Origin: Wolbachia endosymbiont of Drosophila innubila | GTDB lineage: Bacteria; Pseudomonadota; Alphaproteobacteria; Rickettsiales; Anaplasmataceae | Assembly (NCBI RefSeq): GCF_021378375.1 | Contig: NZ_CP076228.1 | Coordinates: forward strand, 720,001 to 752,000 | Length of the DNA stretch: 32,000 bases | Direction: 5' to 3' | In this document: positions 28,461-32,000 of the stretch, one piece after another | Position numbering within the stretch: position 1 is the stretch's first letter | Layout of the letters: every line of letters begins with the position of its first letter | The notes under the pieces: generated by a model | Seen by the model: the letters and a program-made list of their open reading frames with translations, nothing else | What the model was told of the DNA's origin: nothing | The model's database searches: none | Translations under genes and position numbers: made by a program

Positions 28461-30482
28461 CTACTGAAATTTTGAAAAATGTAATCTACTCCTATATTCA
28501 AATATATCAAGCAGTAATTCAAAATCAGCCATTGCGCCTTTTGCGTTATTATACGCGAGATTGAGCAGCTCTTTGTCCTGATATAAATCAGCAAATTTAA
28601 ATTCCATACATCCTGATTGTTTTGTGCCTAAAATATCTCCACTGCCTCTTAGCATCATATCCCTTTCAGCAATGTAAAATCCATCTTGTGACTCACACAT
28701 GATCTTTAACTTTGAAGATGAGCTTTTACTTAAATTATCGTATAATAATACACAAAAAGATGGCTTGTTTCCTCGCCCTACTCTGCCTCTTAACTGATGC
28801 AATTGTGATAACCCAAATTGCTCTGCATTTTCTATAATCATGATGGTTGCATCTGGCACATCTATACCAACTTCTATCACAGTGGTTGCAACAAGCAGAG
28901 AAAATTCATTCCTTTTGAAGGAAAACATAACTTGATCTTTCTGCTCCTGAGTCAATTTTCCGTGTATTATCCCGACTTTATCAAGAAATGTTTTTTGTAA
29001 TTCCTGAAAACGCATCTCTGCTGCAGCAATATTGGTCTCTTCGTTTTCTTCTATATATGGACAAATCCAATATGCTTTTTCGCCCCTGTTTATAGCACCT
29101 TTTAGCTTTTCAATAACATCTGGCACCCTACTAATGTTCATAGTTACAGTTTTTATTGGCAATCTGGATTTTGGTTTTTCTTTCAAAATTGAACATTCAA
29201 CATCACCATACATAGCTTGCTGCAAGGTTCTTGGAATGGGAGTTGCAGTAACGAAAAGTATATCGGCATTTTCTCCTTTTCCTACCAAGCGATTTCTCTG
29301 CATCACTCCAAATCGCTGTTGTTCGTCTATGACTGCAAGCCCTAAATTTTTAAATGTAACGTTAGCTTGAAATAGTGCATGAGTGCCAATCACTATATTT
29401 AAAACACCACTTGCAAGTTCGTTCATGATAATCTTTCTTTCCTTGCGCGAAGTTTTACCAGTAAGCAGCGCAACTTTTATATCGGTACAGGATAAAACTT
29501 CCTCAATCCAATTATAATGTTGCTCCGCCAAGATAGTAGTCGGTGCCATTAGAGCTGCCTGCATGTTGTTTTCTACCACATTTATCATTGCAAAAAGTGC
29601 AACTACGGTTTTGCCACTACCAACATCACCTTGCAGCAAGCTTATCATGCGATACTTGGATTTTTGTCTCTCTGAGATCTCATCTATTGCACGAGTTTGA
29701 TCATTTGTTAATTGAAACGACAATTCATTTAAAACTTGCTCTTTGTATTTACTCAATATTATAAATTCTCTTCCCCTTTCTTTCACATGATTTTTTCTTG
29801 CAAGTTTCAGCGCTAGCTGATACGCAAACAATTCATCATAAGCAAGCCTTTTTCTACAAACCTCAGCTTCCACCAATGAGCTTGGTCTGTGCAACTTTAT
29901 GATGCTTTCCCTCCAACTTAACCATTTTTTTTGCTTGATTAATGTATCATCTATCCACTCTGGTAAATCAGGCAATTCCTTTAGATTAGAGCTTATTATG
30001 TTCCCAATGCGCTTATTGGTAATGCCACGGCATAATTGGTAAACTGGCTCTATGCAAGCTATTTCTTTAAATTGGTTGATGTCAAGCGACACGTAATCTG
30101 GATGAGTAATTTGCCAATGTTCAGCAAATTTTTCGAGTTTGCCACTGATGATCACATTCGCTCCAATTGGAAATAGTTTATATAAATACTTAACTGAGTA
30201 ATTAAAAAAGACTATGAATATATACTGACTCTCACTTTCAACGACTATTTTATATGGTCTGCCTCTAAAAGTGGGCGACTGATGCTCATAAACTTTTGCA
30301 ATGAAAGTTGTAAATTCTCCAACTCGAGCATCAGATAGTAACTTGCTTCTATCCACATAACTAAGTGGCTTATAAAACAGCAGATCCACCACCTTGTCCC
30401 CACCACAAAGTTTAGGCAATATTGCGGAATGGAACTTAGGTATATTCTCCAGCCTGCTATTTAGAAAAATCTGATTGCTCAT
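28461..30482 (-). CDS. recG: ATP-dependent DNA helicase RecG
   Basis: LLQGDVGSGKTVVALFAM, VIDEQQRFGVMQR, LFVTATPIPRTLQQAMYGD, LSQLHQLRGRVGRGNKPSFCVL. Confidence 0.97.
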   Translation of the reverse strand: MSNQIFLNSRLENIPKFHSAILPKLCGGDKVVDLLFYKPLSYVDRSKLLSDARVGEFTTFIAKVYEHQSPTFRGRPYKIVVESESQYIFIVFFNYSVKYLYKLFPIGANVIISGKLEKFAEHWQITHPDYVSLDINQFKEIACIEPVYQLCRGITNKRIGNIISSNLKELPDLPEWIDDTLIKQKKWLSWRESIIKLHRPSSLVEAEVCRKRLAYDELFAYQLALKLARKNHVKERGREFIILSKYKEQVLNELSFQLTNDQTRAIDEISERQKSKYRMISLLQGDVGSGKTVVALFAMINVVENNMQAALMAPTTILAEQHYNWIEEVLSCTDIKVALLTGKTSRKERKIIMNELASGVLNIVIGTHALFQANVTFKNLGLAVIDEQQRFGVMQRNRLVGKGENADILFVTATPIPRTLQQAMYGDVECSILKEKPKSRLPIKTVTMNISRVPDVIEKLKGAINRGEKAYWICPYIEENEETNIAAAEMRFQELQKTFLDKVGIIHGKLTQEQKDQVMFSFKRNEFSLLVATTVIEVGIDVPDATIMIIENAEQFGLSQLHQLRGRVGRGNKPSFCVLLYDNLSKSSSSKLKIMCESQDGFYIAERDMMLRGSGDILGTKQSGCMEFKFADLYQDKELLNLAYNNAKGAMADFELLLDIFEYRSRLHFSKFQ

Positions 30483-30594
30483 TGAGATTCATACATGTGT
30501 AAAACTGTTATAGAGCCTTTTTAAAATCTTGTCACCTTATGGTCAGGTATGCACTATAGCTAGCACAGCTCTCTAACGTTATACCGCGATTCAT

Positions 30595-30636
30595 TCGCGG
30601 TATCTCAGCCGCTAACACGTAACGGAATGACGAATT
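30595..30636. repeat. GC-rich palindromic repeat fragment
   Basis: Partial copy of the ataccgcgattcattcgcggtatctcagccgctaac...gtagcgg unit seen at 6614 and 27880. The fragment begins near 30580. Confidence 0.6.
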
Positions 30637-30775
30637 TGTTGTTTTTAAAATCGTCGGTAAGCCTAAGTTACCCCTAACTATATTTGCTATCATAGGGCTT
30701 ATAGTAGGTATTTTATTGACTAATTAATCATTTTTATGTATTATTATACCGTTAGCAGTCTATATCAAGGTATTA

Positions 30776-31606
30776 ATGATGAACGGCTCTACACCAAAAG
30801 AAAAGGAAAATCCAATAGTTACACTAAGAGCTCAAGCAGAAAAGTTTGGTTTTAGCAGGTTGAGGGCTGGTAAAGATAATGCTGAAGCGAATTCTGGTGC
30901 AACTATGTACGTAGATCTTCCAAGAATGAAACTTGTTATTCAGAACAAAGTTATAACAAAAGAGCTTGTTGATGAATTATATAATAAACATACCAACCTC
31001 ATTTCAAATGACAAAAATAAGTACCGCCAATTTGTAAAACAAGTTTTTACAGAGCTATTTGAATATGCTGAAGCAGAAGTTCCAAATGATTCTATTCTAG
31101 AAGAACTAATCACTAATTGTAACCAGGCTGCTTATGTGGGTGCATTGTATGGTAAAGGAGGACCTATCCTTCATTTAGCTGAAACATATGGGTTATTGTT
31201 TCAGTCTAATCATGTAATACATATTAACTGTAGTGATCCAAGTCATGCGGCAATCAGAATTGAAGAAAAAATTGCAGTTCGCACTTTTGCAGAACTGGAA
31301 GAAGAATTCTGTAAATTGGATAGCTCGCTAGAATTCACACTTAAGTCTCAAGGTGATAAAAATGTAACATATGAAGATGGTAAATTGTCACTTACTGTTC
31401 CTAAGAGACTGAAGGACTATAATATAGGTGATAAAAACTTGTTTGACGTTATAAAAGAGTGTTTTCAGAAATTTTGCGAGAGGCTTGGATTTTTTAAAAT
31501 AAAAATAGAGCATGGCTTGGATAAGCCACCAAAAGTGAACAGCCATCTGGAAAATATGGAACCGCCCATTCATAGCAATGAGTATGGAAATACACCTGGA
31601 AACTAA
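30776..31606 (+). CDS. Hypothetical protein (276 aa)
   Basis: Long ORF with no recognised motif. Convergent with miaA, 3 nt between stop codons. Confidence 0.65.
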   Translation: MMNGSTPKEKENPIVTLRAQAEKFGFSRLRAGKDNAEANSGATMYVDLPRMKLVIQNKVITKELVDELYNKHTNLISNDKNKYRQFVKQVFTELFEYAEAEVPNDSILEELITNCNQAAYVGALYGKGGPILHLAETYGLLFQSNHVIHINCSDPSHAAIRIEEKIAVRTFAELEEEFCKLDSSLEFTLKSQGDKNVTYEDGKLSLTVPKRLKDYNIGDKNLFDVIKECFQKFCERLGFFKIKIEHGLDKPPKVNSHLENMEPPIHSNEYGNTPGN

Positions 31607-31609
31607 CAA

Positions 31610-32000
31610 TTAAAATATTTCAAGCGCTGTTAGCTCATTTGCACAATCAATGACTTCAGAACTTGGGAACTGGTTTTTAAACCAAGTGTACTGGCGTTTT
31701 GCGTAGTGTCTTGTGTTTGTTTGAGCAATCTGTATCGCTTCGTCTAAAGTAATCTCACCTTTCAAATACTTTACAATTTCTGGCACTCCATGTGCTTTCA
31801 TAGCTGGCAAATTTGGAGCTAAGTTCATACTAAGTAGCTTTTTTACTTCATCAATTGCTCCATTTTCGATCATTTTGATAAAACGAGAATTTATTTTTTG
31901 GTATACATCCTCACGTTTAGGCAAAATTGTATATATCTTAAAATTATCGAATAAAGGAGGCTGTCTATTTTCTTGCCATACAAAGATTGTCTTACCAGTT
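31610..32000 (-). CDS. miaA: tRNA dimethylallyltransferase, C-terminal part (5' end beyond window)
   Basis: The frame stays open to the window edge (TGKTIFVWQENRQPPLFDNFKIYTILPKREDVYQKINSRFIKMIENGAIDEVKKLL...). YAKRQYTWFKNQF motif. The track start at 31924 is an internal TTG. Confidence 0.92.
   Translation of the reverse strand, partial: TGKTIFVWQENRQPPLFDNFKIYTILPKREDVYQKINSRFIKMIENGAIDEVKKLLSMNLAPNLPAMKAHGVPEIVKYLKGEITLDEAIQIAQTNTRHYAKRQYTWFKNQFPSSEVIDCANELTALEIF

Noticed and set aside
1-32000. CRISPR array, tRNA or rRNA genes.
   Set aside because: No regularly spaced direct repeats, and no convincing tRNA cloverleaf or rRNA signature, was seen in the intergenic spaces on reading. A tRNAscan-SE/Infernal run is still advisable.

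Overview
This 32 kb window looks like a Wolbachia (Rickettsiales) chromosome segment. The supporting signs are AT-rich housekeeping genes, an ISWpi1-like IS5-family element, ankyrin-repeat genes with Wolbachia-style C-termini, and Wolbachia-style GC-rich palindromic repeats. Housekeeping content: lpd (partial), xerC-like recombinase, trxB and a peroxiredoxin, glutaredoxin, ribF, lspA, a tandem pair of M16 peptidases, purN, an MnhE-like antiporter subunit, uvrB, ccmH, a 2Fe-2S ferredoxin, recG and miaA (partial). Accessory content: (i) two inverted copies of a ~911 bp IS5-family element, each inserted in an ankyrin-repeat gene; (ii) a three-ORF accessory locus (about 17100-21432) encoding a 470-aa coiled-coil/amphipathic protein, a 64-aa Ser/Lys-rich peptide and an 819-aa protein with an internally duplicated domain and a Ser/Pro-rich linker; (iii) a nest of decayed IS5, IS982 and IS110-like remnants between uvrB and ccmH; (iv) a ~0.6 kb duplicated intergenic element (6501-7162 and about 27811-28451). 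The strongest direct observation is that in-silico removal of the first IS plus one copy of a 3-bp TTA duplication restores a full-length in-frame ankyrin protein with a paired C-terminal transmembrane module. The best candidate for an undescribed system is locus (ii). Its function cannot be assigned from sequence alone.
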